Shown: piece after piece, positions 10,197-19,758 of the stretch | How the letters are laid out: each line of letters begins with the position of its first letter | Position numbering within the stretch: position 1 is the first letter of the stretch | From: a virus | DNA length: 64,000 nucleotides | Virus record (IMG/VR): IMGVR_UViG_3300021472_000001 | Coordinates: 7,923-71,922 of that record | Direction: 5' to 3' (one strand) | Notes under the pieces: generated by a model | What the model was told of the DNA's origin: nothing | The model's database searches: none | The model's input: the letters and a program-made list of their open reading frames with translations, nothing else | Made by a program: the position numbers and the translations under genes

Positions 10197-10511
10197 TTAT
10201 TCATCACCTCCTTTTAATTTATCATGTTCTTTGAATAACTCTAAGAGTTTAGTCTTGTATGCTGCTTTGAGAGCTCCTTCGTGAATGTGTAAGAGTTTCC
10301 GGGGTGCTGGATTCCCTCCAGTAAGTTCTCTTGCTTCACAGAGAATTGAATAGTCGAATATATTCATAATGTCTTGAATTATGTCTGTCTGGGATAAATC
10401 TCCATTAAAGAGGTTCGCAATAACGTGTTCAAGAGTTTTCCTTTTGTCCCTATTTTCGGCTTCGATCGCATGAGAAAATATGCTTATTATTTCATCTACT
10501 ATTTCTTCCAT
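10197..10511 (-). CDS. Hypothetical protein
   Basis: ORF preceded by a GGAGG SD-like site. Confidence 0.6.
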   Translation of the reverse strand: MEEIVDEIISIFSHAIEAENRDKRKTLEHVIANLFNGDLSQTDIIQDIMNIFDYSILCEARELTGGNPAPRKLLHIHEGALKAAYKTKLLELFKEHDKLKGGDE

Positions 10512-10686
10512 CTTCTTAACCTCCTATTATTTTAAAGAAGTAGATTGGAATGACTTCCTGATTTGTCTTTGTGTTCGAGAAGAAAAGAACCATCGCAACC
10601 ACGATTTCTTTTTATGATGCACACCGTTAGGAGGTAGGCGACCATATCTGTTTTTCAGGAAACGACTGATAAATCTCCATTGGTCT

Positions 10687-10983
10687 TCAATTTCTAAAAT
10701 TTTCATCCCCAATATATCCCTCTGTTTTAGGAGTTATGGATTGAACTATCGAAGTCAATCTATTATTTCTGATTCCGACTTTGCAAAGATAAGTTCTTTG
10801 ATATTTTTCGCATTCTCCTTCGGCTTCGATAAATCCCAATTTAATATCCTCGTTAAGAAGTATAGTGTCTCCGGGCTCCAGATAATCATACTCTCCGATG
10901 TGGGACGTATAACATTCAAGTCTATCATGCTCTTCAGAACATAAAGGACATTTGTGAGGAATAAGAAGAATCAATCGTCCCAT
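10687..10983 (-). CDS. Small putative Zn-finger protein
   Basis: CPLC plus further cysteines. Confidence 0.55.
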   Translation of the reverse strand: MGRLILLIPHKCPLCSEEHDRLECYTSHIGEYDYLEPGDTILLNEDIKLGFIEAEGECEKYQRTYLCKVGIRNNRLTSIVQSITPKTEGYIGDENFRN

Positions 10984-11100
10984 GGTTCTCTCTTCTCGTA
11001 GATAACATAAAAGATGTCTCCATCTTCATGAGGAACTATCTTCAGTGATATAACTTTAACTTCTGGATCATTGAGGAGCCTTTCCACTAAACTCAAGTGG

Positions 11101-11364
11101 TTAAAAGCTCGTATTAATTTCATTCCTCCGTCCCATGTTCTTCCCGAAATTTGTGAATGGTGATGATATAATTGCTTCCATCATCTCTTCATCACCTCTA
11201 TAATATGCTTCCATAAATTCTTGCTCCGCTTTCGCATCTATTTCCTCTTGGTGAGCCTCACATGGATTTTGCCCTCTTCTCACATAGTTCTTGGAACTTC
11301 TCTGGAGACAATTTACACCTTCTCTCTTTTGGGTCCTAGAATCTACATTTAATCGGGAAATCAC
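11101..11364 (-). CDS. Hypothetical protein
   Basis: Co-oriented ORF. Confidence 0.5.
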   Translation of the reverse strand: MISRLNVDSRTQKREGVNCLQRSSKNYVRRGQNPCEAHQEEIDAKAEQEFMEAYYRGDEEMMEAIISSPFTNFGKNMGRRNEINTSF

Positions 11365-11367
11365 AGC

Positions 11368-11643
11368 TCATTTTCTCTCACCTTCATCCAGCATTGCCTT
11401 CCAGTTTCTTTCTCTAATCGCTTTCATTAAACCACTAAGCTGATTCCACTTGATAGCAATAAGAAATCCCAAGAGAATCAGAGCTAAGCCATAGTATTCA
11501 TGACCTAACAGTTCAAGATCAAAGCCTCCAAATCGTATGAAATGCTCCCAAAGTAGGAAGTTTCCCACAGCCAGTAATGCACCCGAGATAAGCCAACGAT
11601 AATATTGAAGACAATGTTCCGAAAAAGAACTCTCTCCTGTCAT
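11368..11643 (-). CDS. Small membrane protein (2 TM)
   Basis: Two hydrophobic segments. Confidence 0.65.
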   Translation of the reverse strand: MTGESSFSEHCLQYYRWLISGALLAVGNFLLWEHFIRFGGFDLELLGHEYYGLALILLGFLIAIKWNQLSGLMKAIRERNWKAMLDEGERK

Positions 11644-11675
11644 TCGATATTTACTCTCTTTATTGCTACTATTTC

Positions 11676-12380
11676 TTAGATCAGTTCCTTTTCAATCTCT
11701 TCCGCTTCTTTCGTTGAAAAAATACTTCCAAATATCTCTCTGAATAGCCAATGATTGTATTCAATGTTTTTGTCTTTTAAAATCGTAATATATGTCCCTG
11801 TTAATCTGTCATATTTCCAATCGATAGGGAACTGTTCTTCAGCAAACAAATTAGGTTTATCTTTGTATCTTAGATAAAGCTCACACAGAGATTTAATTCG
11901 TTCTCTATACATATCTACGATAAGTTTAATATCTTCAACTATGGGAGATTTCTTGTAATCCTTCCAAAACGCTGAGAAGTCTCTTTCATTGAAATTTTTG
12001 TGCTTTAGAAAGAACTCTTTCATTATGCTATCAAAATTTAAATCTGAAAATTCAGTCATCTTCCCCCACCACATATCTGCTGGAAGAGAAGTGGTAGTTA
12101 TCGAATTCTCGTCTTTGTCTTCGCTTTTTCCACTCGGTAGTATCGTCTTAGGTTTACAGTATCCCGTTGCTGTAAATCCTTCCTTCAGTGCAAGCCTCTT
12201 AGCTATAACTTCTATCAAATCCAGGAGCTGTGCTTCACTTAAACATGCATATTCATGACCAATAGTGAATTGGATACATCGCCTATTTTCTTCAGGACCT
12301 ACAAATGCAGTCAGCGTTAAATCTTTAGCGTCATCGAAACCTTCCTTCATTGTCCTATACATTCTAATATCACAACTCAT
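11676..12380 (-). CDS. Hypothetical protein
   Basis: 234-aa ORF with a GGAGG SD-like site. Confidence 0.65.
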   Translation of the reverse strand: MSCDIRMYRTMKEGFDDAKDLTLTAFVGPEENRRCIQFTIGHEYACLSEAQLLDLIEVIAKRLALKEGFTATGYCKPKTILPSGKSEDKDENSITTTSLPADMWWGKMTEFSDLNFDSIMKEFFLKHKNFNERDFSAFWKDYKKSPIVEDIKLIVDMYRERIKSLCELYLRYKDKPNLFAEEQFPIDWKYDRLTGTYITILKDKNIEYNHWLFREIFGSIFSTKEAEEIEKELI

Positions 12381-12622
12381 ACATCCTCCTCATGAAAGCA
12401 TACCTTGTTTCTTATTTCACTGAAAGTCATTTGAGAAATTTCTTCTTCACTCATTCCCTCTCGGTAATGATAGTAATATTTTTCGGGGCGTCTTTGATGA
12501 GGAGAAAGCGTAACACTTATCGCAAATGCTTTCTCACCTTTCTTAATGACAGAGCCGCAGACTTCGCAAGTATGCCTCCTTCTCGTCCTTATTAATTTTA
12601 TTTTTCTTTTCATTCTCTTCAT
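12377..12622 (-). CDS. Small basic Zn-finger protein
   Basis: CEVC...IKKGE...H pattern. Confidence 0.6.
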   Translation of the reverse strand: MKRMKRKIKLIRTRRRHTCEVCGSVIKKGEKAFAISVTLSPHQRRPEKYYYHYREGMSEEEISQMTFSEIRNKVCFHEEDV

Positions 12623-12780
12623 TTCTTTCTCCCAATTTTTAAATCCTTAACTTGGCAACCAAAATTTCTCCCTCCAATATTATCCTTGCACATTAGGAGT
12701 TGTGGAGTGTGGGAGTTGTCTTGGTTCGTTCTTATCATAACAGAAATATGCCTAAGACCCATCATAGATTTCTCACCATT

Positions 12781-12873
12781 TGCACATATCCTTTGCTCAC
12801 GCAAATTTCATCACCAACCTAATATTCCTCTATTCCTCAAGTATAAAATTTAGTTATATCGCATCTATGTTGA
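12781..12873. repeat. Dispersed symmetric 92-93 bp element, copy D
   Basis: TGCACATA ... TATGTTGA, with inner AAATTT boxes at the same offsets as the other copies. Confidence 0.8.
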
Positions 12874-12886
12874 TCTGGTGCAAAAT

Positions 12887-13383
12887 CTACATGAAGTTCT
12901 TGATAATATCTTCGGACGAATAGAAGGTTAGTATTCCAATCGCCGTTTCGTAGGTTTCATTTTTCCTTTCGTCATGAAAAATAATTGCTCCCTTTGTAGG
13001 AGCAGTTCGTAATTCGCCATCCGTAAGAGGGACAATCTCTGTTGTTACTTTCTTGAGCCTATTATACAAGCATTCATTATAGATGGAATGAATTTCAAAT
13101 TTAAAAATGTTCTTTTTCTCTCCCTCTTCGTATGCAGCGTGAATTTCCCTAATAGGAAAGATAAAGAAGGAAGTCTCTAAACTAAGAATCAATGAGGCGT
13201 TAATGCTTCTTATGGAATATGAAGGGGGAATGCAATCAGAAGGTCAAGAACTTGACGGTAATAAACTGAATATAAAAACTTCTTCGAGAAAGGAAGATAA
13301 TAGTTGTCCCACATTTCGAGATTAGAAGAGTTCTGTTGGAAAAAGAATTCAAAAGATGGAGTAGCAAAGAACACTATTCCCAT
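12887..13383 (-). pseudogene. Array paralogue 1, split by a -1 frameshift near 13210-13245
   Basis: ATG 13383 gives MGIVFFATPSFEFFF...YLPFSKKFL, which matches the N-terminus of 13385..13867. The C-terminal family motif lies in the -1 frame (track ORF 12887..13192). Confidence 0.75.
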
Positions 13384-13384
13384 T

Positions 13385-13867
13385 TTACATGAACTCCCTA
13401 ATGATTTCTTCAGGTGAATAGATGCTCAGCATTCCGACTCCCATTTCGACGGCTTCTTTCTTATTCTCCTCTTTTTCATCATAAAAGACTATCGCTCCTT
13501 TTACGGAATGACAAATTCGCATCTTTCCATTTCCTCCTTTTAATAAGAAATTACAGTTAACCATCTTTATTATATTATTATATATTTTATTATTATAAGT
13601 AGTAAAGAATTGGACTGTTTCCCTATATAAAGTAAAGACCTTGTTAAGGGGAAGGAGAAGAATTGAATTTTTTAAGTTTAATATCAGCATGGTTTTTTCG
13701 AGGCAATACCTTTCAGATACATTTTTAGAAACTGGGATCGTTTGGTGATGAATCTTTGAGAGAAATTTCTTGGAGAAAGGGAGAAAACTTGCGTCGTAAA
13801 TCACAAGATTGGAATCAATCCTAAAGAAAAAATAAAGTTCCCTTGAAAAGAAGAGTATAGGTTTCAT
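13385..13867 (-). CDS. Array paralogue 2 (uncharacterised ~160-aa family)
   Basis: C-terminal KGAIVFYDEKEENKKEAVEMGVGMLSIYSPEEII. Confidence 0.8.
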   Translation of the reverse strand: MKPILFFSRELYFFFRIDSNLVIYDASFLPFSKKFLSKIHHQTIPVSKNVSERYCLEKTMLILNLKNSILLLPLNKVFTLYRETVQFFTTYNNKIYNNIIKMVNCNFLLKGGNGKMRICHSVKGAIVFYDEKEENKKEAVEMGVGMLSIYSPEEIIREFM

Positions 13868-14356
13868 TTATAAATACCTCCCCAAAATCTCTTTTGGCGA
13901 TAGGACACTCAGCAAGCCACTTCCTATTTCAACAGCTTCCTGTCTTTCATTTTTATTATAATAAATCAAAGCTCCCGTAATGGGACAACGCATTACTATC
14001 TCCCAGATTTTCCTGTTCTTCATTCGCCTATGCCCATCTACTAAGAATTGACCGAGTTCATCAGCAGAGTCTTGATAACTCCCCATGACAACACTAATTC
14101 CCACACGACATCGAATACATTCCACAGGACGTGACAGAACTTCAGAGTCCTTGTTGAGAATGATAATTGCAAACTCTGGATAGGTCTCGAACTTAGACGG
14201 AAGAGAGACTTGACTCATAGGGACTTTTCTTTTATAAAAATAAATTTGAGAAACGAACCGTTTAGAAGGAAGATAGAAATAATCAATGATTAAAAGTCTG
14301 TTACGGCGCTCAAATCTAAATACTAAACTCCGAGAATAAAACGGGATTATCCTCAT
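13868..14356 (-). CDS. Array paralogue 3
   Basis: C-terminal TGALIYYNKNERQEAVEIGSGLLSVLSPKEIL. Confidence 0.8.
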   Translation of the reverse strand: MRIIPFYSRSLVFRFERRNRLLIIDYFYLPSKRFVSQIYFYKRKVPMSQVSLPSKFETYPEFAIIILNKDSEVLSRPVECIRCRVGISVVMGSYQDSADELGQFLVDGHRRMKNRKIWEIVMRCPITGALIYYNKNERQEAVEIGSGLLSVLSPKEILGRYL

Positions 14357-14846
14357 TTCCTTCCTAATAAAGTTAATATGCTTACTCCAAGATTTCTTAT
14401 TTCCTCTAAATCTTCGCCGTCTATTCTTTTTAAGATTACCGCTCTAAAATCCCACAGTTCGTAATAAGAACCCCAATCTGGAGAGGAAAGAGGAACGTTT
14501 TTTGGACAACTTCTCAATATAGCTCGAATCATTTCCTTGTATTCTTCTTTGGAGAGTATAACACAGTGAATATCCGCCATTCGTGGTCGTCTTTCTTTCT
14601 ATAATAAGAGTCATAATAAATCTGTATTTGTTCCAATTGGCTCAAAAAGTAATCTTCTCGAATTTGGAGTATTAGATAACAATGTTTCTGTTTCATCTTC
14701 TCTTCTCCTAAAGTTTCAAGCCTATGAATAAAAGACTGGGAACTCCACATGTATCCTAATTTAAGAGTGAATGTCTGCTGAGTAGTGAGAGGATGAGGAG
14801 GGAGAACTATAAATTCGGATGGTGTCGAGATGATTATCATTTCCAT
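14353..14846 (-). pseudogene. Array paralogue 4, split by a -1 frameshift near 14530-14600
   Basis: Track ORFs 14529..14846 and 14353..14580 together align with 14837..15322 (ELWDF.....EEIRNLGVSIL). Confidence 0.7.
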
Positions 14847-15322
14847 AATGCGAGATAGCTAATTCCTATGTTCTTAATGTCCTCTAAACTCTTTTCTTCT
14901 ACTCTCAGTAGTATTCCCTTAAAGTCCCAAAGTTCTACGCTCCATTTCTTAATCTCCCGAAATCTCGCTCCATGAGATTTGAAGAAGAGAATCCTCGCTA
15001 ACTCATTCAATTCTGCTTGATCAACTTCACCTATATCAAATCCAAATTCTTTAAGCCCTTGGTGATAATACACTCTTAATTCGCTATTTAGTATTTTCCC
15101 TACGAAATATCCTGCATTCCACTTTAGAGAAGGAGGCTCATAATAGTCTTTCAGTTCACAAACTATGAAATAATCAATTAAAGAACTAGAGAAGATTTCT
15201 TGGGAGAGCCTTGTTAAGTCCCTGTTCCATCCTAAAGAATACACCTTGATTTTTATTTCATTCTCCTTGCGATTTGCGCTTAATTCGGCTCTGTATCCAT
15301 AAATGGGAATCACTTCATTCAT
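14837..15322 (-). CDS. Array paralogue 5
   Basis: C-terminal ELWDFKGILLRVEEKSLEDIKNIGISYLAL. Confidence 0.8.
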   Translation of the reverse strand: MNEVIPIYGYRAELSANRKENEIKIKVYSLGWNRDLTRLSQEIFSSSLIDYFIVCELKDYYEPPSLKWNAGYFVGKILNSELRVYYHQGLKEFGFDIGEVDQAELNELARILFFKSHGARFREIKKWSVELWDFKGILLRVEEKSLEDIKNIGISYLALWK

Positions 15323-15752
15323 TTTCGTTTAAAGAAAGTAAAGCTACTCCAATATTAAATAATTCTTCTTTCTCTTTATCTTCCTTTACGACAGGGAAAA
15401 CAATTCCCGTCCAATCACGATGAATATGAAGGTGGTTCATTAGCCCCTCCATACGGGCAGAAAAGCATTCAGTTGTAAACGGAAGCAGGGAAAGAACGAG
15501 GTACTGATAAAGAATCGGAGCGGAAGGAAGAGTGAAATTTCTTTCGATATGTCTTTCAATACGAGAACAATAAAATGGCAAATATGCTTCCTCTCGGTGA
15601 AGTAAACATATTGCATCCTTTCCTTTCTCATAGGATATAATTGAGAAGGAATGTAGGATAAAAGTAAGAGTAAGTGAGAAATCACATTTGCCTAAATTAT
15701 GTGAGAACACCTCTGCATTCATTAGATGTCCACCAAATCTGCATGTTAGCAT
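15315..15752 (-). CDS. Array paralogue 6
   Basis: C-terminal DWTGIVFPVVKEDKEKEELFNIGVALLSL. Confidence 0.75.
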   Translation of the reverse strand: MLTCRFGGHLMNAEVFSHNLGKCDFSLTLTFILHSFSIISYEKGKDAICLLHREEAYLPFYCSRIERHIERNFTLPSAPILYQYLVLSLLPFTTECFSARMEGLMNHLHIHRDWTGIVFPVVKEDKEKEELFNIGVALLSLNENE

Positions 15753-16234
15753 TTTGTTAGATACAAATAACCCATAGCTATTTCTCTAAGTTCTTGAATG
15801 CTCTCATCCTCTTCTTGTGTAATCAAAATACTTTTGAATGGAAGGAATGGAGTTCTCATCCATCCTTGTTTTGTATATTCTCTCAGGATGTCTGTTAGTT
15901 TTATCACACACTCACAGTCAACACAATCAAGGCTCCAAACTCCATCGATGAAAGGTAATTTCTCACTCAACCATGCATAAGAACTTCTTAATCTAATATT
16001 TGCCACAGCTTGAGTTGTTTCACAAGGAATCAGTTTTATTTCTTCCACAGCAAATAAGGGTGAAAATAACAATCTTCCACAGAAGTCATAAGGCTTAAAG
16101 AGAAAATAGAGATCATGTTTACCTAACAAAGATTCGATTTTCTCTACTTCTCTGCGTACTAAGAATGAAAATATTGTAAAAGAATGATGCTTATTAATCA
16201 AGAAGACACCATTCACAGTGCGAGTATCCATCAT
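15746..16234 (-). CDS. Array paralogue 7
   Basis: C-terminal PFKSILITQEEDESIQELREIAMGYLYL. Confidence 0.75.
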   Translation of the reverse strand: MMDTRTVNGVFLINKHHSFTIFSFLVRREVEKIESLLGKHDLYFLFKPYDFCGRLLFSPLFAVEEIKLIPCETTQAVANIRLRSSYAWLSEKLPFIDGVWSLDCVDCECVIKLTDILREYTKQGWMRTPFLPFKSILITQEEDESIQELREIAMGYLYLTKC

Positions 16235-17418
16235 GCACTCCGTCCCTTTCCTCCTTCATAGAATATCATTCTTCCGAAAGGAAGCTTACGATGTGAATTG
16301 CGATATCTTTCGGGAACAAGCCACACAACGGGAATATCGGGAGATTTGTTCGGTGGAGTTCCGAATGTATCGGTGATATAGATTAAACCTCGCAATTCAG
16401 GATGGTGCTCCATTTCATTAAATACGGGTCTGAAATCAGTTCCTCCTCCGCCTTGCCATTTAATGCTATCGAGTTCTTCGGGTTCATGGATTATTCGCTT
16501 TTCATATAGTCTCGCATCGCATTGTAATAAAAGAATTTCGAGCTCACCTCTAAAATAGCTAAATAGAAACTTCATTCCAGCTTTAAACTCAGATAGCAAT
16601 TCCTTATCTATGGACCCACTCGTGTCAATAGCTACACCTATGTGCAACTTACTCCGATATCTAATGGGAGGCATCAGGACAGGTGGATATCTCCTCTTGT
16701 TTATTCTCTTAAAGTCTGGCTGACTATAACTCTGTTCGAGCACAAAAGAAGAAATGATTTCACTGATAGGAAAAGGAGGATATAGCATATCCTCAACTTC
16801 TTGATGTAAACCTTTTGGGAGGGTTCCCTGCAAATAAGCTCTTAATAGTGATTGCTTCAATATCTGATTCATTGTTTCTGCCTTCTTGTGCTTCCATGTT
16901 TTGTGAGATTCTAATCGCTTTGATTCCTCTTCGCTTAGTGATATTCCTTGCATCTCTTTAAGAAGTTCCTTGTATATCTGCTCAAATGTCATCCCGTCGA
17001 ATCGTGAATCATATAGCATACCGAGATTCAAACGATTGAATTCTTCCTTAATTATTGAATTAACGGCATAATCGGCTGCCATATTTGCTATCTGCCACTG
17101 AAATTCATTCTGAGCTATCTGCATTCTTGAATTCCCTAAATGATGTAAAAGAATATGCAAATACTCATGCGCAAAATCTATCATGAGTTCTTGGGGAGTA
17201 GCTTCATTTAAATACTTACCATTTACGTAAATTTGCTCTCCATCCGTGCACGCTGCTTGAATCTCTTCTCCTTCAACTTCATAGGGCGGAGGAAGCACAA
17301 CTACTGGAACGCCAAGTATCCCAGACCAGAACGGTTTCTCTCTTAAAAACATAAATTTAGCTCTTCGGATTTTCTTCTCGTTCATATTACCATCCATAAT
17401 GGTAAAAGCACATCCCAA
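16231..17418 (-). CDS. Metallopeptidase-like + vWA domain protein (DUF2201 type)
   Basis: HEYLH zincin motif, DTSGS MIDAS, GGGGTDF, ITD. Confidence 0.9.
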   Translation of the reverse strand: MGCAFTIMDGNMNEKKIRRAKFMFLREKPFWSGILGVPVVVLPPPYEVEGEEIQAACTDGEQIYVNGKYLNEATPQELMIDFAHEYLHILLHHLGNSRMQIAQNEFQWQIANMAADYAVNSIIKEEFNRLNLGMLYDSRFDGMTFEQIYKELLKEMQGISLSEEESKRLESHKTWKHKKAETMNQILKQSLLRAYLQGTLPKGLHQEVEDMLYPPFPISEIISSFVLEQSYSQPDFKRINKRRYPPVLMPPIRYRSKLHIGVAIDTSGSIDKELLSEFKAGMKFLFSYFRGELEILLLQCDARLYEKRIIHEPEELDSIKWQGGGGTDFRPVFNEMEHHPELRGLIYITDTFGTPPNKSPDIPVVWLVPERYRNSHRKLPFGRMIFYEGGKGRSA

Positions 17419-17621
17419 TCATCTTCCTCGTCCTCATGCCTTTCTTTTTCTTCAATCCACTGTTGTTCACATTCTTGAGAACAGAACCAAGGACCCTCGT
17501 ATTTTCCTAATCGGAAATCTTCTTCAATCTCCTTTCCATAAACCGCACATCTTTTCTTCATTCCTCCACTCCGTCTATGAGTCTTAACGTCCAAAGAAGT
17601 GCTTTCTCTACTCCTCTCCAA
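17382..17621 (-). CDS. Small protein with a TRASH-like Cys motif
   Basis: FCSQEC; true start probably internal. Confidence 0.45.
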   Translation of the reverse strand: MERSRESTSLDVKTHRRSGGMKKRCAVYGKEIEEDFRLGKYEGPWFCSQECEQQWIEEKERHEDEEDDWDVLLPLWMVI

Positions 17622-17800
17622 AATGGAGAATCGTCATGATTTCGAGCGTATTGGAGCATCTCATTAATTTCCTCTTCGCTTCTGAGTTGTTGAATTGTGA
17701 TATTCGGAAAGGAAAAGAACGAATCATCGCGCTCTTTCACCAAGAGAATATCTCCTGGTCTCCAACCAAACATTCGTTTCGATTCTCTTAAGGGAGGCAT
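17558..17800 (-). CDS. Hypothetical protein
   Basis: Co-oriented ORF. Confidence 0.5.
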   Translation of the reverse strand: MPPLRESKRMFGWRPGDILLVKERDDSFFSFPNITIQQLRSEEEINEMLQYARNHDDSPFWRGVEKALLWTLRLIDGVEE

Positions 17801-17914
17801 GATATTGCTGCACTAAAATGACTCTTGATGATAGTAGTTATAAGGTATGAAGAGAAGATTGCTATTCCTATTACGAGGGCTAAGAGGTATAGCACTATCC
17901 ACTAATCGCTTTCT

Positions 17915-18184
17915 TCATTCATCCTTTACCTTTATGACTTTCCAGCCATTCAATCTCGCCTCATCCAAGAAATCAATTAGCGTCTTTTCTATATTTCCTG
18001 TAACTACAAAACCGAGATGAAAATTATCGTAATATCCTTCTCCGTCTGAGTATTTCTTAAATTCAATTTTGCCTTCGAGCTGAACATTCCTATATTTATC
18101 CAATGCTTTAAGGACCTCTCCAACTTTATATGTTTCCGTTCCAATTCTTACTCCATTCTTTATCAATTCTATATCCTCGGTCAT
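17915..18184 (-). CDS. Member 1 of a three-member small-protein family
   Basis: Start moved to ATG 18184 (AGGAGG upstream); similar to 25610..25858 and 26093..26358. Confidence 0.75.
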   Translation of the reverse strand: MTEDIELIKNGVRIGTETYKVGEVLKALDKYRNVQLEGKIEFKKYSDGEGYYDNFHLGFVVTGNIEKTLIDFLDEARLNGWKVIKVKDE

Positions 18185-18203
18185 TATACACTTTCCTCCT
18201 ATT

Positions 18204-18295
18204 TGCACATATTTGCGATATAACAAAATTTCTATATCTCCGAATAGTTTTTACCACTTTAAGGATAAAATTTGCGTGAGCCTCATCTATGTGCA
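18204..18295. repeat. Dispersed symmetric 92-93 bp element, copy B
   Basis: TGCACATA...AAAATTT...AAAATTT...TATGTGCA; right flank TCTCATGGGAAAT is nearly identical to that of copy A. Confidence 0.85.
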
Positions 18296-18297
18296 TC

Positions 18298-18504
18298 TCA
18301 TGGGAAATCACGATGAGGTCGAGGACTGATTTTCTGAATCCCCAAGAAGTTGGGTGGAGAGGAATTCCACTCATCCATAAGTAATGCGCCAATGATTATG
18401 AACAGCATTCCTAAGAACAATTGAAATTCTGAATCATGCTCTACCACGCAAAGAACTGTTCCCCAAGCTATTAAAATTCGTCCTATACACTGAAGGAATG
18501 TCAT
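18298..18504 (-). CDS. Small membrane protein
   Basis: Two hydrophobic segments. Confidence 0.5.
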   Translation of the reverse strand: MTFLQCIGRILIAWGTVLCVVEHDSEFQLFLGMLFIIIGALLMDEWNSSPPNFLGIQKISPRPHRDFP

Positions 18505-18658
18505 GCTTCTGAGTTATCTAATTCAGTAAGAAAAGAACCGAAGACTATCAGTATGCCTCCTAAGCCAAGTCCTATATTTGGATGAATGAAGCTGAGTACT
18601 ACTCCAAGATATATCCCAAAATAGGATGCTATTCTTCCTAAGTAAGCAGGAGCTCCCA

Positions 18659-19726
18659 TTATTCACTCACCAATGGCAGGATTTCTTTACCTATATTTTT
18701 CATTAGTTCTCTAAAGTTCTCATCGCTCAACATCTTACCGAACATTTCTGATGGCATGGCATTCTTAAAGTCCACAAGAAATCCAGCTGCTCCTTCAACA
18801 TATCCACTATGCGATGGATCACTCATTCCTCTTTCCCAAATTGCCCGAAGATATTTGAAGTATGCTTTGCAATAACTTTCTTGCTTCTTCTTGTTCTTTT
18901 CATTTGCTATCGTCGATAAGAGGGTTTGAACTGTATATGTGAGAACATCGTATTCATCTGGTATCTCGCTGGTATCGCCCTGAAGAATCTTCTGAATATC
19001 GGGTATCTTGTCTCTTAGTTGTGTGAACGCCAGGAACTTCGCTGCAATCGAGGCGCCTATTGAACCACTCAAGTCCTCAACCGATGTCATCCCTTGCCTC
19101 ATCAACTTAGAGACTCGTTCCCATCCACGTCCACAAGTTACTTTTTCCTCTCGATTGTCAGGCATGTGATAGAGGTCTTCTGGATGCGCTGAGAGATATG
19201 CTATGACATCAGGAGATATCCGATTTCTTAATGCCCACGCTCGCCATACATCTATGTCAGGTTCGATGTTCATTTCGTGTAATCTTGCCTCGAGAGGAAT
19301 CTCAAGGTCTACTACTCTTGCACCATGTATTCGTTTGTTCCCAGTCCCACATACTAACATACCTTTAGGAAGATCTAAGTCTCCTATCCTAAAGTCATAA
19401 AACACCCTGTATAACGATTTTTGGAGCCATTCGGAGGCATGATTCAGCTCGTCAAACACAAGAATCCCCTTAAAGTCATCAGGATACTTCGCCCACTCTG
19501 GAGGAAGCTGTCTTACTACCCCATTCTCTGGGTCAGGAACACACCAACCCTCTAAATCTGGCGGTTCAAGCGTAAGTAGCGATTTAGAGATATAAGCTAT
19601 TCCCATCTCTTCTGCAACCTCTCTTATAATCGAGGACTTGCCAACTCCCGTCGGACCCCAGAGAATAAAAGGAATCCGCTCTTTATATAACTTCCTAATC
19701 TTCTCCTTCGCCTCTAACAAATTCAT
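18659..19726 (-). CDS. MoxR-like AAA+ ATPase
   Basis: GPTGVGKS, LVFDELN, GTGN; paired with the downstream vWA gene. Confidence 0.9.
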   Translation of the reverse strand: MNLLEAKEKIRKLYKERIPFILWGPTGVGKSSIIREVAEEMGIAYISKSLLTLEPPDLEGWCVPDPENGVVRQLPPEWAKYPDDFKGILVFDELNHASEWLQKSLYRVFYDFRIGDLDLPKGMLVCGTGNKRIHGARVVDLEIPLEARLHEMNIEPDIDVWRAWALRNRISPDVIAYLSAHPEDLYHMPDNREEKVTCGRGWERVSKLMRQGMTSVEDLSGSIGASIAAKFLAFTQLRDKIPDIQKILQGDTSEIPDEYDVLTYTVQTLLSTIANEKNKKKQESYCKAYFKYLRAIWERGMSDPSHSGYVEGAAGFLVDFKNAMPSEMFGKMLSDENFRELMKNIGKEILPLVSE

Positions 19727-19758
19727 TTCTCCTCACCTTATCTTTCTCATTTAGGAGT

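Noticed and set aside
18185-18392. N-terminal extension of ORF 17915..18226 and ORF 18126..18392
   Set aside because: They run through element copy B; the SD site and paralogue alignment support a start at 18184
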